64,000 bases of DNA from a virus (lineage: Duplodnaviria; Caudoviricetes): positions 19,939 to 83,938 of the IMG/VR virus record IMGVR_UViG_3300017913_002030; one strand, written 5' to 3'. Below the pieces are notes generated by a model, which was given only the letters and a program-made list of their open reading frames with translations, searched no databases and had not been told where the DNA came from. This document shows, piece by piece, positions 35,804 through 44,797 of the stretch (position 1 is its first letter; each line of letters opens with the position of its first letter). A program made the translations under genes and the position numbers.

Positions 35804-36505
35804 TTACAGAGACGCGACAAACTCATCAATTTCTTCGATCTGAGAACGATTCAAGAAGTGCTTGTATACGCCTACTGCGTCTAGCAAACCTTTTTCGACA
35901 GCGCCTTCACGTAGATCACGTGCCTTACTTTCTTGCACAACAAGATCAATTTGATCTAGAGAAATTTCTCTTTTAGCCTGACCGAACGAGCCAAGTTGAG
36001 GATTGTCTTGTCGTGGCAACATAAGATCTACCAACTTAGTCAAGAACACCTGAGGCTCTTTCGCCATCTCTTCATAAGAGAATGTATGTGCAAAAGACAT
36101 ATCGGCAATATCATTTTCAAATTCTTCGATTAGACTAAATCCCATAGTGCTTGACTTAAATTCATCCCATGTTAGTTCAGGTGCAAATGTTTGCCAAGTT
36201 TGAACCAGAGAATCACGATGATCGCGAGTCATACGAATGAAGTTAGATGAAGGAACACCAGATAGCGTTTCTGTTGTCAATGACCAGTCATCTGCTGGGG
36301 AATGACCTAAAGACGTTGCAATCAATGGCTTCCAAATATAATTATAGGCCTGAGATGCAATGACAAGATTAGAATCATCTGTCTTTAGATCTTGTGCAAT
36401 ACGAACATACATGCCGTACATATTTTGTGCAAACTCAGCACCTGAACATGACTGACCTACAATGAAATTATCATCTAAAGATACAAGTGAGTGAATCTCT
36501 TCCAT
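35804..36505 (-). CDS. Hypothetical protein, possibly a degenerate sulfotransferase fold
   Basis: RMTRDHRDSLVQ, FSYEEMAKEP...L..L and GVYKHFLNRSQIEEID resemble sulfotransferase C-terminal motifs; no clear PAPS-binding loop. Confidence 0.4.
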   Translation of the reverse strand: MEEIHSLVSLDDNFIVGQSCSGAEFAQNMYGMYVRIAQDLKTDDSNLVIASQAYNYIWKPLIATSLGHSPADDWSLTTETLSGVPSSNFIRMTRDHRDSLVQTWQTFAPELTWDEFKSSTMGFSLIEEFENDIADMSFAHTFSYEEMAKEPQVFLTKLVDLMLPRQDNPQLGSFGQAKREISLDQIDLVVQESKARDLREGAVEKGLLDAVGVYKHFLNRSQIEEIDEFVASL

Positions 36506-36556
36506 TTGTTGTTATTCCTCTATTTTAGACCGCGGTCCAATTTGATTTGATGAAAC

Positions 36557-36564
36557 TATTTATA
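36557..36564 (-). promoter_or_regulatory. Late promoter TATAAATA
   Basis: Exact consensus upstream of 36505. Confidence 0.7.
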
Positions 36565-36582
36565 CTATTTTTTGTTTCAGAA

Positions 36583-37491
36583 TTAACTAACCGACCAAAA
36601 ACTTTTATCAATTTTTTCAGTAAAAGATTTTAACCATAGATCTATATCACCCGCGAACTCTTCGAACGTATTAAGTCTAGAATTTTGCTCGAACCAGTAA
36701 ACCTTCAAATCTTTTGTAATGCCGCCCCCTATAGTTCCCTCATAGTTACCACCAAGAGTTACGATATAGTCTAGCCAAGACTCAGATTTCTCTTTGAATA
36801 CTTCATATTGATCTGAAGTCAAATCTTCTATCCAAGTGCCTTTTCTCCAATCTTGAAGCACTTTGCTATCAATTTCTTTATAAGAATCCACTTCCCCGTG
36901 AAGTCCATGTATCCCAGTAATAGTATAAGAGTTATTGGAGATTCTAAATTTTGTGTATGCTTGAACTTCAAAATCCATTCCTTTCTCGACATATGCGGGA
37001 AAAGATCTTCCTTCGTTTAACGCAATAAACGTTCTATTCTGTTCATCGACATCTCTTTCTGGAGTCACTTTCCACGCCTGACACCAAATATCTTGATATT
37101 TAGACTTTAAAAATGTCGTGTAAGGAAATTTAGGCATTTCATGCATATTACATTCAGCAACTACTTCTGGTAATTCGAACCCACACTCCCACGCTCTTTG
37201 TCGAGTCTCCCACTTACAAAGTTCTAGATTCGCGCTTTCACGTGTGTTCCCAAAATAAGTGTAATTGTCAGAGGAAGGTAATATCAGAGGTGGCATGTTA
37301 TTCACAACAACATCGGGTGAAAACTTGCGTATCTCTTCTACCGACCAATCTATCGCATCCGGACTTCCTTGATATATGTTTTTACCTTTTCGGGATCTAT
37401 TCGTGATTAACTTATATGCGTAACCTTTTTCTTCTAACTCAGGTATAAGAGATTCGTAAGTATCTACTAACGAAAACAATAATATTCTCAA
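36583..37491 (-). CDS. ATP-grasp-like protein (PurD/GARS-like)
   Basis: SANLELCKWETRQRAWECGFELP, VEKGMDFEV and WFEQNSRL (ExNxR) motifs; TTG start. Confidence 0.5.
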   Translation of the reverse strand: MRILLFSLVDTYESLIPELEEKGYAYKLITNRSRKGKNIYQGSPDAIDWSVEEIRKFSPDVVVNNMPPLILPSSDNYTYFGNTRESANLELCKWETRQRAWECGFELPEVVAECNMHEMPKFPYTTFLKSKYQDIWCQAWKVTPERDVDEQNRTFIALNEGRSFPAYVEKGMDFEVQAYTKFRISNNSYTITGIHGLHGEVDSYKEIDSKVLQDWRKGTWIEDLTSDQYEVFKEKSESWLDYIVTLGGNYEGTIGGGITKDLKVYWFEQNSRLNTFEEFAGDIDLWLKSFTEKIDKSFWSVS

Positions 37492-37494
37492 AAC

Positions 37495-38481
37495 TCAATC
37501 TCTATAATCATTGAGTGTAAAGTTTGTTCCATGCATTTTCATCAAATCACGTTCATGATTAGTATAGACCAACACTTCTGGATCATCAATTAGGAAGTCA
37601 CAGTTCTTACAGAAATCTGGATAATCTCCGGTACGATGTTGTTCACGTAGTTTCTCGTATTCTTCACCAAAGAAGATGTCAAGAATATTATCTTCGGAAC
37701 AATGTCCCAGTACGGCTTCTTCGTCACGACCAAGCACTTGACAGCAAGGGTGTACTGCACCTGTTTCGCCTTCTAATCCGCCAGCACGAATCACTACGTC
37801 TGGTGAGAATGGTCGACCACACGTCTTTACTTTGCCCTCACGCGCATTATCACCAATCTCATAAACACCTGACCAGTTGTGCATCTTCCAGATCTCTGTC
37901 TTGACACCCAACTCATCAACGAGCGATTTGTACTTCTCTAGTTCTTCATCAATGTTGTCATTGTCTGTGATCAAGTGGTACGTCGATACAACACAGTCGG
38001 AACCAGACTCGTTTACATAGTCAACCATCTCTTGAATGTTGCGTTTGATCTGCGCGTAGTGCCCACCCACGGCGTTGTACATCCATTTGGTGTAGTCTTG
38101 TTCGTCTGCGCCAATGAATGAAAAACGATAGAAGTCTAGTCCCGCATCGACACAGTCGCGCATGTACTGACCTTCCATCTTAAATCCGTTAGAGAAAATA
38201 AATGCCTTCGCGCCATACTTCTTCACTACCTTAATGTACTCAGGTAGGTTCTTCGCCATCGTCGCTTCACCAGAACCGTCTAAGTTGACAACGTTCAAGC
38301 CATACTGTGCACAGTCAGCGACGTACTTTTCAAACTCATCCAGTTTCATGATACGACGAAACCCTTTGTGGCGGCCGCCTTCTCGTAAATCTTGTGGGCA
38401 CATACTGCACGAGTAGTTACATCCACCCGCGACTTCGATCACTGCACGATCAATTTGAAATGTATCTCTAGTCATTTCCAT
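37495..38481 (-). CDS. Radical SAM enzyme with a C-terminal SPASM/twitch domain
   Basis: CNYSCSMC (CxxxCxxC), GSGEATM, CGRPF...HPCC...CKNC. Confidence 0.92.
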   Translation of the reverse strand: MEMTRDTFQIDRAVIEVAGGCNYSCSMCPQDLREGGRHKGFRRIMKLDEFEKYVADCAQYGLNVVNLDGSGEATMAKNLPEYIKVVKKYGAKAFIFSNGFKMEGQYMRDCVDAGLDFYRFSFIGADEQDYTKWMYNAVGGHYAQIKRNIQEMVDYVNESGSDCVVSTYHLITDNDNIDEELEKYKSLVDELGVKTEIWKMHNWSGVYEIGDNAREGKVKTCGRPFSPDVVIRAGGLEGETGAVHPCCQVLGRDEEAVLGHCSEDNILDIFFGEEYEKLREQHRTGDYPDFCKNCDFLIDDPEVLVYTNHERDLMKMHGTNFTLNDYRD

Positions 38482-39343
38482 AATACTGCTTCATCCTATT
38501 CTCATAGTCAACTGCTTTATTTTTTGTGTGACCCAACAGATCACTTACGTTATCTAACCACCACCAGACGTTTCGATCGTCATAGCCAGACTCAGGATTT
38601 AACCTAAGCGCATTCGGTGTATGGTATTTAGTCACTCCCTCACCAGAGATTACAGCGAGAGGTCGGGCAAAGTTCTTTGCGACGTAGTGCCAAATGCCAT
38701 CGTAGCATATTACGAGACGCGCAGTAGAAATAAGGTACATTGCTTCAGACGCTGGTGTTCGGTACGACAGTTCGTGCATTTCGAATCCTAACGTCTTGAA
38801 GTATAATATCAGTTCTTCCCAGTGATCATTCTCGAATAGTCTCTTCCAAGTGCGTGGCTTTTCTGCGTTCCATGTAGGTCGCCAAAATACGATACGATTA
38901 GGGTTGTAATCCTGAAATGCGTTTTCGCGAAAGATCCAATCGTTATTTGGAACAGGCCCGCCTGGATTGTCATTGTAAGTTCCACTTTCAAACCAGAAAC
39001 GATTCTTGTTTATGTTCTTTGCGGCAACACGATTCACTCCGTTTTCATGCACAACATCGTCCGAATATTTCCAATCACGGTAACGACCGTTCGCATTGAA
39101 GACATGATGTATCTCTACGCGGTCTTGCTGGTGGTAGAAATTGTGAATGTAGTTGCATCGCTCGATGATCGTCTCAGGATCTTCGAAATGGTGAAGGTAA
39201 TCTTCGTCGTGTTCCCAGTGAAACTCTAGATTGATCTTTCTGACGTTATGGTCGGCCGCATATCGATGACACGAATTTAGCGCCCACATAAAATCACCGA
39301 CGCCAGGCGTACCGCGCCAAGTTACGAGTTCAGATGGTTTCAT
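38468..39343 (-). CDS. GT-B glycosyltransferase (GT9/heptosyltransferase-like)
   Basis: GVGDFMWAL and VICYDGIWHYVAKNFARPLAVI motifs. Confidence 0.6.
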   Translation of the reverse strand: MKPSELVTWRGTPGVGDFMWALNSCHRYAADHNVRKINLEFHWEHDEDYLHHFEDPETIIERCNYIHNFYHQQDRVEIHHVFNANGRYRDWKYSDDVVHENGVNRVAAKNINKNRFWFESGTYNDNPGGPVPNNDWIFRENAFQDYNPNRIVFWRPTWNAEKPRTWKRLFENDHWEELILYFKTLGFEMHELSYRTPASEAMYLISTARLVICYDGIWHYVAKNFARPLAVISGEGVTKYHTPNALRLNPESGYDDRNVWWWLDNVSDLLGHTKNKAVDYENRMKQYYGND

Positions 39344-39678
39344 TAGTTCGTCTTAATGCTCTTTACTTTACGCGCAGAACCTGTAGATGTGTACAGACCA
39401 AACCATGCAGCGCCAGCACCAACCACGACAGAGATAAGACCTGCCTGTGCCGTATTGGGGTCTGATAGTGACATAAACCAATGAGTTGTTTGAATAAGTA
39501 GATAAAGATATGTTGCAATGAATGCACGAGGGAAAATACGATAGGCATCGATCACATCTGCAAATTGTAAAAAACCTTCGAATCTATTATATTCTGGTGT
39601 TTTCTGAGTCGTATCTAATTCGATCTCTACTTGCAGTTTCTTTTTCTCTACTACTGGTGCTGCTGCTTCTTCTGTCAT
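39343..39678 (-). CDS. Two-TM membrane protein
   Basis: DAYRIFPRAFI...AQAGLISVVVGAGAAWFGLY. Confidence 0.75.
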   Translation of the reverse strand: MTEEAAAPVVEKKKLQVEIELDTTQKTPEYNRFEGFLQFADVIDAYRIFPRAFIATYLYLLIQTTHWFMSLSDPNTAQAGLISVVVGAGAAWFGLYTSTGSARKVKSIKTN

Positions 39679-39954
39679 TTAACTAAACCTTTTTTGTATC
39701 CATTTAAACACTGCGTATATGGACAAACCATAAAACGCTAAAACACTCATTGGGAGACCGATATAGGCTAGTTCCCAAGGTGCGAGAAACAACAGATCCC
39801 ATGTGAGATCTGCGATCGCTTGCACGTCACTTGTACTTTCTAATGCGACCATCTCAGTCTCATCCCAAGACAGGTCGTATTCTTCTACCATCAAGTCCCA
39901 CGTCTCTTCGTCTATACAGACCAACTCTTCAGGACAGATAAACTCTTCGTTCAT
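39679..39954 (-). CDS. Membrane protein with an acidic N-terminus
   Basis: C-terminal TM segment. Confidence 0.65.
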   Translation of the reverse strand: MNEEFICPEELVCIDEETWDLMVEEYDLSWDETEMVALESTSDVQAIADLTWDLLFLAPWELAYIGLPMSVLAFYGLSIYAVFKWIQKRFS

Positions 39955-40115
39955 TGTTTTACCTTGAAGTCTTTGGGATCACCGTTGATGAGTTCTTTCG
40001 CCTTGGTCTCCCAAATCCATGGGCACAGTCCGTGAACAAAGGACACGAAAGAGATTGTCCAAGCCCTTCTTAGATGTTCGAAGTAACTTAACTCAATCTC
40101 TTTCAGGTGTTTCAT
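39951..40115 (-). CDS. 54-aa hypothetical protein MKHLKEIELSYFEHLRRAWTISFVSFVHGLCPWIWETKAKELINGDPKDFKVKQ
   Basis: Coupled at both ends (TAATG and ATGA overlaps); HL....SYFEH..RA...HG..PW motif. Confidence 0.65.
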   Translation of the reverse strand: MKHLKEIELSYFEHLRRAWTISFVSFVHGLCPWIWETKAKELINGDPKDFKVKQ

Positions 40116-41635
40116 TAGAAGACCTTAACGTCGTATTTTTGTTCCCACAGTTCACGGTCGTGTTCATCGTTGACCATCGGTCTGCCGCGAATGTTTAAAC
40201 TAGTATTTAGTAACATAGGCACTCCAGTACGCTCATAATATTCTTCGATGACCTTACGGAACACCGACTCGCAATCCTTGCGCACAATCTGCACACGCGC
40301 GGAACCATCCACGTGTGTAACAGGTGCGTAGTCATGCTTCGCCCACGAGGTGAACTGCATGTACTCGTTCATCGGTCCGTCGAAGTATTCGTCTGCAAAC
40401 TCTTCGAGAATCGCAGGAGCGAATGGACGGTACTTCTGTCTGCGCTTGATCGTATTGACAGTATCCTGAATGTCGTATCTTACATCAGCAATAAGTGAGC
40501 GGTTGCCAAGAGCTCTAGGGCCGAATTCAGCCCTTCCATTAGCAATACCGCAATAGCGATGTTCGAGCAGATGATCAACGACAGCGCTGGGATTAATAGG
40601 AGTTGTAATATCGTATCCCGCATATGGACTCCAAATAAGTTTATCCTTACCTGTTGCTTTTGCCCATGAGCGTGCCGCAGCACCTAGACCTGAACCAGCG
40701 TCCGTTGGTGATACTGCAATGTGCACTTCGTCGAACAACTCAAATAGACGCGAGTTGATTACGACGTTCTGTGCGCACCCCCCAGAGTAACACAACTTCT
40801 TACCATATTTAGCAGCTTCGCGCATTATACTCATAATTGCATAGTCAGCAAAGTCCTGTACCGCACGTGCGGCGACTGCATCGTCTACTGCTGTAATTTT
40901 TAAACGTAGTTCTTCACGAAATAATCGGCGATCTTTTTCTCTCTGAGATGTCTCAACATCGCCAACTGCAATGCCTTCTGCGAGTTCCGGTGCAATGTCT
41001 TCTAAGTCTTCCCACCATGCGATTAACCAATCAGTGATTGCTTTCGACTCAGGTGATGTTTCGTGATATGCGGATAGACCCATGACCACGTACTCATCTT
41101 CAAGTGGACGCAGACCCAAGAACTTGGTTACCGTAGTATACACTAACCCAACCGACTTAGGATACTGCCACTCTTTGATTAGATTGAAATTGTGATCCAT
41201 AATGGTCGCACACTGCAACTCACCAACACCGTCGATCGATACTAATACAGTATCTTCAGATGAATTCCATGGGCGAGTGTAGAATGCTGATGCACAGTGT
41301 GACTCGTGGTGCATATGATTCACGTCATATGTCATTGAATCGGGAATGACCATACGTGAGAATGTCTCTTTTGCGGTATCTGGTCTATTCTTTAAGTGTT
41401 TTGTATCACCCTTCACGCCATGACCACCTCGCATATCAAACTTGACTGTGTGATCTTCATAAAAAGAAACATGATCATCATTACTAACCATATCCCATAG
41501 TTCTTCGGGAATTAATGGATCATTCTTTTTCTTAGAGTAGCGTTCGCCGTGAGTCGCGAACTCAACAACACCTTCTTCGTTTATGACTGCAAAACCTGAA
41601 TCGTGATAATGTTCACTAAAACCTACGTACTTCAT
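40115..41635 (-). CDS. O-carbamoyltransferase (NodU/CmcH/TobZ family)
   Basis: HDSG, HHESHCASAFY, DGVGE, SGGCAQNVVIN, GRAEFGPRALGNRSLIAD, RPFAP and PMLLNTSLNIRGRP motifs. Confidence 0.95.
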   Translation of the reverse strand: MKYVGFSEHYHDSGFAVINEEGVVEFATHGERYSKKKNDPLIPEELWDMVSNDDHVSFYEDHTVKFDMRGGHGVKGDTKHLKNRPDTAKETFSRMVIPDSMTYDVNHMHHESHCASAFYTRPWNSSEDTVLVSIDGVGELQCATIMDHNFNLIKEWQYPKSVGLVYTTVTKFLGLRPLEDEYVVMGLSAYHETSPESKAITDWLIAWWEDLEDIAPELAEGIAVGDVETSQREKDRRLFREELRLKITAVDDAVAARAVQDFADYAIMSIMREAAKYGKKLCYSGGCAQNVVINSRLFELFDEVHIAVSPTDAGSGLGAAARSWAKATGKDKLIWSPYAGYDITTPINPSAVVDHLLEHRYCGIANGRAEFGPRALGNRSLIADVRYDIQDTVNTIKRRQKYRPFAPAILEEFADEYFDGPMNEYMQFTSWAKHDYAPVTHVDGSARVQIVRKDCESVFRKVIEEYYERTGVPMLLNTSLNIRGRPMVNDEHDRELWEQKYDVKVF

Positions 41636-41662
41636 TGTTCATCCATCGTGAAGTTAAATCTT

Positions 41663-41670
41663 TATTTATA
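41663..41670 (-). promoter_or_regulatory. Late promoter TATAAATA driving the carbamoyltransferase operon
   Basis: Exact consensus 28 nt before ATG 41635, immediately after a terminator. Confidence 0.8.
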
Positions 41671-41674
41671 GAAT

Positions 41675-41700
41675 AAAAAAAGGGGGTCATAAAGACCCCC
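41675..41700 (-). terminator. Intrinsic terminator
   Basis: GGGGGTC-TTTAT-GACCCCC-TTTTTTT. Confidence 0.85.
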
Positions 41701-41723
41701 GACATGCTACCTTGAGCGGGAAC

Positions 41724-42296
41724 TTAGTATCCGTTAATATACTCGTATATATCTTTCCAATTACGCATGAGAGGAAATTCACTGTCTTGGTTGTAACCGT
41801 GTGACATTACTACAGACTCAAGACCTACCTTCGCACCAGCGATGGCATTCTCTACCTTGTCTTCTACCCATAAACACCCAGTACCTCGATAAGCTTCGAG
41901 TTCTTCGTCTTTGTCCGCACCCGTGTCGAGATAGACATACTTCTCGAAGACGGTAGGGCCGAACAGTTCTTGGAGATTCTTTGTGCGCAGGTGTTGCGCG
42001 TATTCGTCGTTACTCAAAGAGGTGATTGCGTGAAATACGTAACCGTGTTCTTCGTGCAACTTCCGAACGTACTTGATTGCGTCACGGAGTGGTGGGATCT
42101 TTCGAACCGTCGCACTCTCGTTGAACATGCGACAGAGTCGTCGCTTCTCGTTGCGTTCCAGACCGTACATGAAACCTACGTCGTACACTTCTGGATTCTT
42201 TATGATGTAACCGTGTCGTTTCATCCACTGTTGGAATGCATACATCCAATCGAGCAATACTCCGTCACAGTCTACTAATATAACCTTATCTCGCAT
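41724..42296 (-). CDS. HAD-family 5'(3')-deoxyribonucleotidase-like phosphatase
   Basis: ILVDCDGVLLDW, AITS and WVEDK motifs. Confidence 0.85.
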   Translation of the reverse strand: MRDKVILVDCDGVLLDWMYAFQQWMKRHGYIIKNPEVYDVGFMYGLERNEKRRLCRMFNESATVRKIPPLRDAIKYVRKLHEEHGYVFHAITSLSNDEYAQHLRTKNLQELFGPTVFEKYVYLDTGADKDEELEAYRGTGCLWVEDKVENAIAGAKVGLESVVMSHGYNQDSEFPLMRNWKDIYEYINGY

Positions 42297-42466
42297 TAAA
42301 ACGCACCATCCCGAACATCTCGCAGAATATTATAAACCTCACCCATTGTGTAACCGTAATCATATAGGGCCACTTGAAGCTCTGCCCAGTTAGGGTTTTG
42401 CTCTTTGTAAATATAATGATTAACTAAATCTTCAATCAAATCACGATTTTTTACTGTGTATTCCAT
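42296..42466 (-). CDS. 56-aa hypothetical protein (MEYTVKNRDLIEDLVNHY)
   Basis: RBS GAGGA; TAATG coupling to the HAD gene. Confidence 0.6.
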   Translation of the reverse strand: MEYTVKNRDLIEDLVNHYIYKEQNPNWAELQVALYDYGYTMGEVYNILRDVRDGAF

Positions 42467-42467
42467 A

Positions 42468-42680
42468 TTATTGTCCTCTCACATATTGAATTGCGCGATC
42501 AACAAATCGATCATAGTTGTCACCGAATGCAATTGAAACAGCTGCACTTGCATCATCATCCATAAACATAAGGCGATATTTGTATTTTGGATTAGGTGAC
42601 TCGACAACGTTGGCAGAAATGCCATACATTTCGTTTCTTACTTCAAACAACTTATCAGTATTGGGTACTTCAAAGAACAT
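42468..42680 (-). CDS. Hypothetical protein
   Basis: RBS GAGGAG; behind a sigma70 promoter. Confidence 0.65.
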   Translation of the reverse strand: MFFEVPNTDKLFEVRNEMYGISANVVESPNPKYKYRLMFMDDDASAAVSIAFGDNYDRFVDRAIQYVRGQ

Positions 42681-42705
42681 GTGTGATCTCCTCACTTAGA
42701 AAACA

Positions 42706-42734
42706 ATTCTAACACAGGGAGCCTAGTCTGTCAA
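42706..42734 (-). promoter_or_regulatory. sigma70 promoter TTGACA-17-TAGAAT
   Basis: Hexamers at 42734-42729 and 42711-42706. Confidence 0.7.
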
Positions 42735-42753
42735 CACTTATTTTGAAAAAAAG

Positions 42754-43311
42754 TTAAATTATTTTTACAAGGGTCATTTTAAGACTGTCGTGCCTACCCT
42801 TGAACTCGCTCAAATAATTGTAGTCTTTTATGTGTTGAGCATGACCATTCGCTTCTAGAAACTGAATTAGTTCGCGAATTCCTGCCCATTCTGCATTGTC
42901 AAATAAAACGTACGGTATGTTGAGTCTGGCGCATAAAAGAAAGTCTGTTAGCGCCCGCTCAGTTTCGTGTGACCCGTCGATAAATGCCAAGTCAAACTCT
43001 TTATGCCCCACCTCTCGATAAACCATAGGTGAAGGTTTAAGATGCACCTGAACATTAGGGTATTTGTTGCAGATTACGCTAGAGTATTTAATCCCTCTAG
43101 GGTGCGCAGGACAGCAACTAGTTATCTCGCTGCCCTCAGGCATGAGTTCTGCCCAGTACGTCGTAGAGTGTCCGGCATAGAAACCGATCTCGAATAAACG
43201 TGTTGCCCCAGAGATTTCAAGCGCATCGCGCATGATGTCGAAGACTTCTTTTGTGGGAGGTAGGTAACCCCACCCGTCTTCTTCCCACATTAAATGATCA
43301 AGATCCATCAC
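42754..43311 (-). CDS. Class I SAM-dependent methyltransferase (Methyltransf_24-like)
   Basis: LFEIGFYAGHST and FDLAFIDGSHE motifs. Confidence 0.85.
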   Translation of the reverse strand: MMDLDHLMWEEDGWGYLPPTKEVFDIMRDALEISGATRLFEIGFYAGHSTTYWAELMPEGSEITSCCPAHPRGIKYSSVICNKYPNVQVHLKPSPMVYREVGHKEFDLAFIDGSHETERALTDFLLCARLNIPYVLFDNAEWAGIRELIQFLEANGHAQHIKDYNYLSEFKGRHDSLKMTLVKII

Positions 43312-44150
43312 GGAAATAGTGCTCGTTTAAATTTTTGTGTCTTGTACTTTTTTTCTTTCCAGTGACGAATCATATCTAACTTCCATTCACCACCAGTGTA
43401 ATGACAGAATTTTGCATTCTCGAAGAACTCTTCTTCAGTTGCATAATGAGGACTGTCATTCCAAGTAGTATCTATCGTTTCTACATCAAAGTCATATTTC
43501 ATTAACTGTGCCGATATGTACGGCTGATCATTCATGATTGACATGTGGAAGTTTCCAGTATAACACCAATCTTCCCAACTGTCAAACATTTCACGTGCGC
43601 GTAGACGCGCCTCTTTCGTCCATAGCACAACGCCAGTATTCATGATCATGATCTTAGATGGTTTATTTGGCGGCATAACAGGGACAATAGGGCAGTCGTG
43701 TAACATAAACTTACGACAGAAATCATGATAAGTGGAATCTTTATAGTCCCATGAATTGTATCCGCCGCCGGATGCAGTAACAAAGTCTGATTCTAAGACA
43801 CCGTAAACGTCGGCACCAGACTCCATTATATCGAATATGTTTTCTTCTGTATTGACTACAATATCTGTGTCCACAAACAGGACATTATCATAGTCGTCGA
43901 AGATAGGATCTAACCAAACACGAGCGCATTCGTGTAATAGGGAAGTGGAACAACCATGTCCTTTTGTGATGACACGTTCGTCTGAGTAAAAGTGCTTTGC
44001 ACTTATCTTTTTTGCGTAGTCTTGAAATGACTCTCGCGAAATGTTAGCAACTTCTTTATATAAATCTGAACGTCTCCAATCTCCAATATCACCCCGTTTA
44101 TCAACTTCGGGTGTGACAATCATATATTGAAAAATCGCGTTGCGGGACAT
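43308..44150 (-). CDS. GT-A glycosyltransferase (GT8/GT34-like)
   Basis: YDNVLFVDTDIVV (DxD), MNTGVVLW, NDQPYI and FCHYTG motifs. Confidence 0.85.
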   Translation of the reverse strand: MSRNAIFQYMIVTPEVDKRGDIGDWRRSDLYKEVANISRESFQDYAKKISAKHFYSDERVITKGHGCSTSLLHECARVWLDPIFDDYDNVLFVDTDIVVNTEENIFDIMESGADVYGVLESDFVTASGGGYNSWDYKDSTYHDFCRKFMLHDCPIVPVMPPNKPSKIMIMNTGVVLWTKEARLRAREMFDSWEDWCYTGNFHMSIMNDQPYISAQLMKYDFDVETIDTTWNDSPHYATEEEFFENAKFCHYTGGEWKLDMIRHWKEKKYKTQKFKRALFP

Positions 44151-44586
44151 TCTCTAACCTCGTCATTAATCGTTCAGCCCGATTGCCTACTTGATTGTAC
44201 CATAGTGAATCGCGGCCCTCAAGTGCCGCATTTTTCCAGTCACCTGTTTCTAGATGACCATTCATTTTCTTAAACTTACTTAGTCTTGGTAGACCAAGAT
44301 TAAACATCATATTAACCAAGATCTCTTGGACCTCACCTGGAAAATCAGACCACCTGAATCCGTATAAGTTATAACATTCTCGCAAGGCGACTCCGAAGTC
44401 ATGTTCGAATGCCTGTTTAACTCTTTCTTCGGATATCGGCGTTCCCACGATGCAGCCGTACTCGGGATCACTCTTTGTGATGAGGTGACCAACGCCGAAC
44501 GTGAGGTAGCCGAGATGGTCTCTGTAAATCTCATAAACTACACCTTCGTCAATCTTTAACTGTTCGAAAACTGAATTGATATTCAT
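44101..44586 (-). CDS. Phage lysozyme (GH24, T4 gpe-like endolysin)
   Basis: DEG...IYRDHLGYLTFGVGH gives E14/D23/T29, the same spacing as T4 lysozyme E11/D20/T26; LVNMMFNLG...SLWYNQVGNRA. Confidence 0.92.
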   Translation of the reverse strand: MNINSVFEQLKIDEGVVYEIYRDHLGYLTFGVGHLITKSDPEYGCIVGTPISEERVKQAFEHDFGVALRECYNLYGFRWSDFPGEVQEILVNMMFNLGLPRLSKFKKMNGHLETGDWKNAALEGRDSLWYNQVGNRAERLMTRLENVPQRDFSIYDCHTRS

Positions 44587-44592
44587 ATTGTA

Positions 44593-44784
44593 TTAGAATT
44601 TGATAACCATTGCGACCAATATTCCTGCAAGTAACACATTGGTCATTAAAAGTTCAAGAGCCAATATTGTATGATACCAGACCCATCGAGTCTTGTAGGC
44701 ATTGTCTACAGAGATATCTTCTGGGTCTGGATCATTATCAACTTTGTTTACTTTACCGTATGTTAACCAGTTAGGTAAACGCAT
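44593..44784 (-). CDS. Small membrane protein
   Basis: C-terminal TM segment. Confidence 0.6.
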   Translation of the reverse strand: MRLPNWLTYGKVNKVDNDPDPEDISVDNAYKTRWVWYHTILALELLMTNVLLAGILVAMVIKF

Positions 44785-44797
44785 AATTATTTCCTAA

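Noticed and set aside
44101-44150. 50-nt lysozyme/glycosyltransferase overlap as a functional overprinted region
   Set aside because: Most simply a short run-on tail past the conserved lysozyme end; no independent evidence of function.
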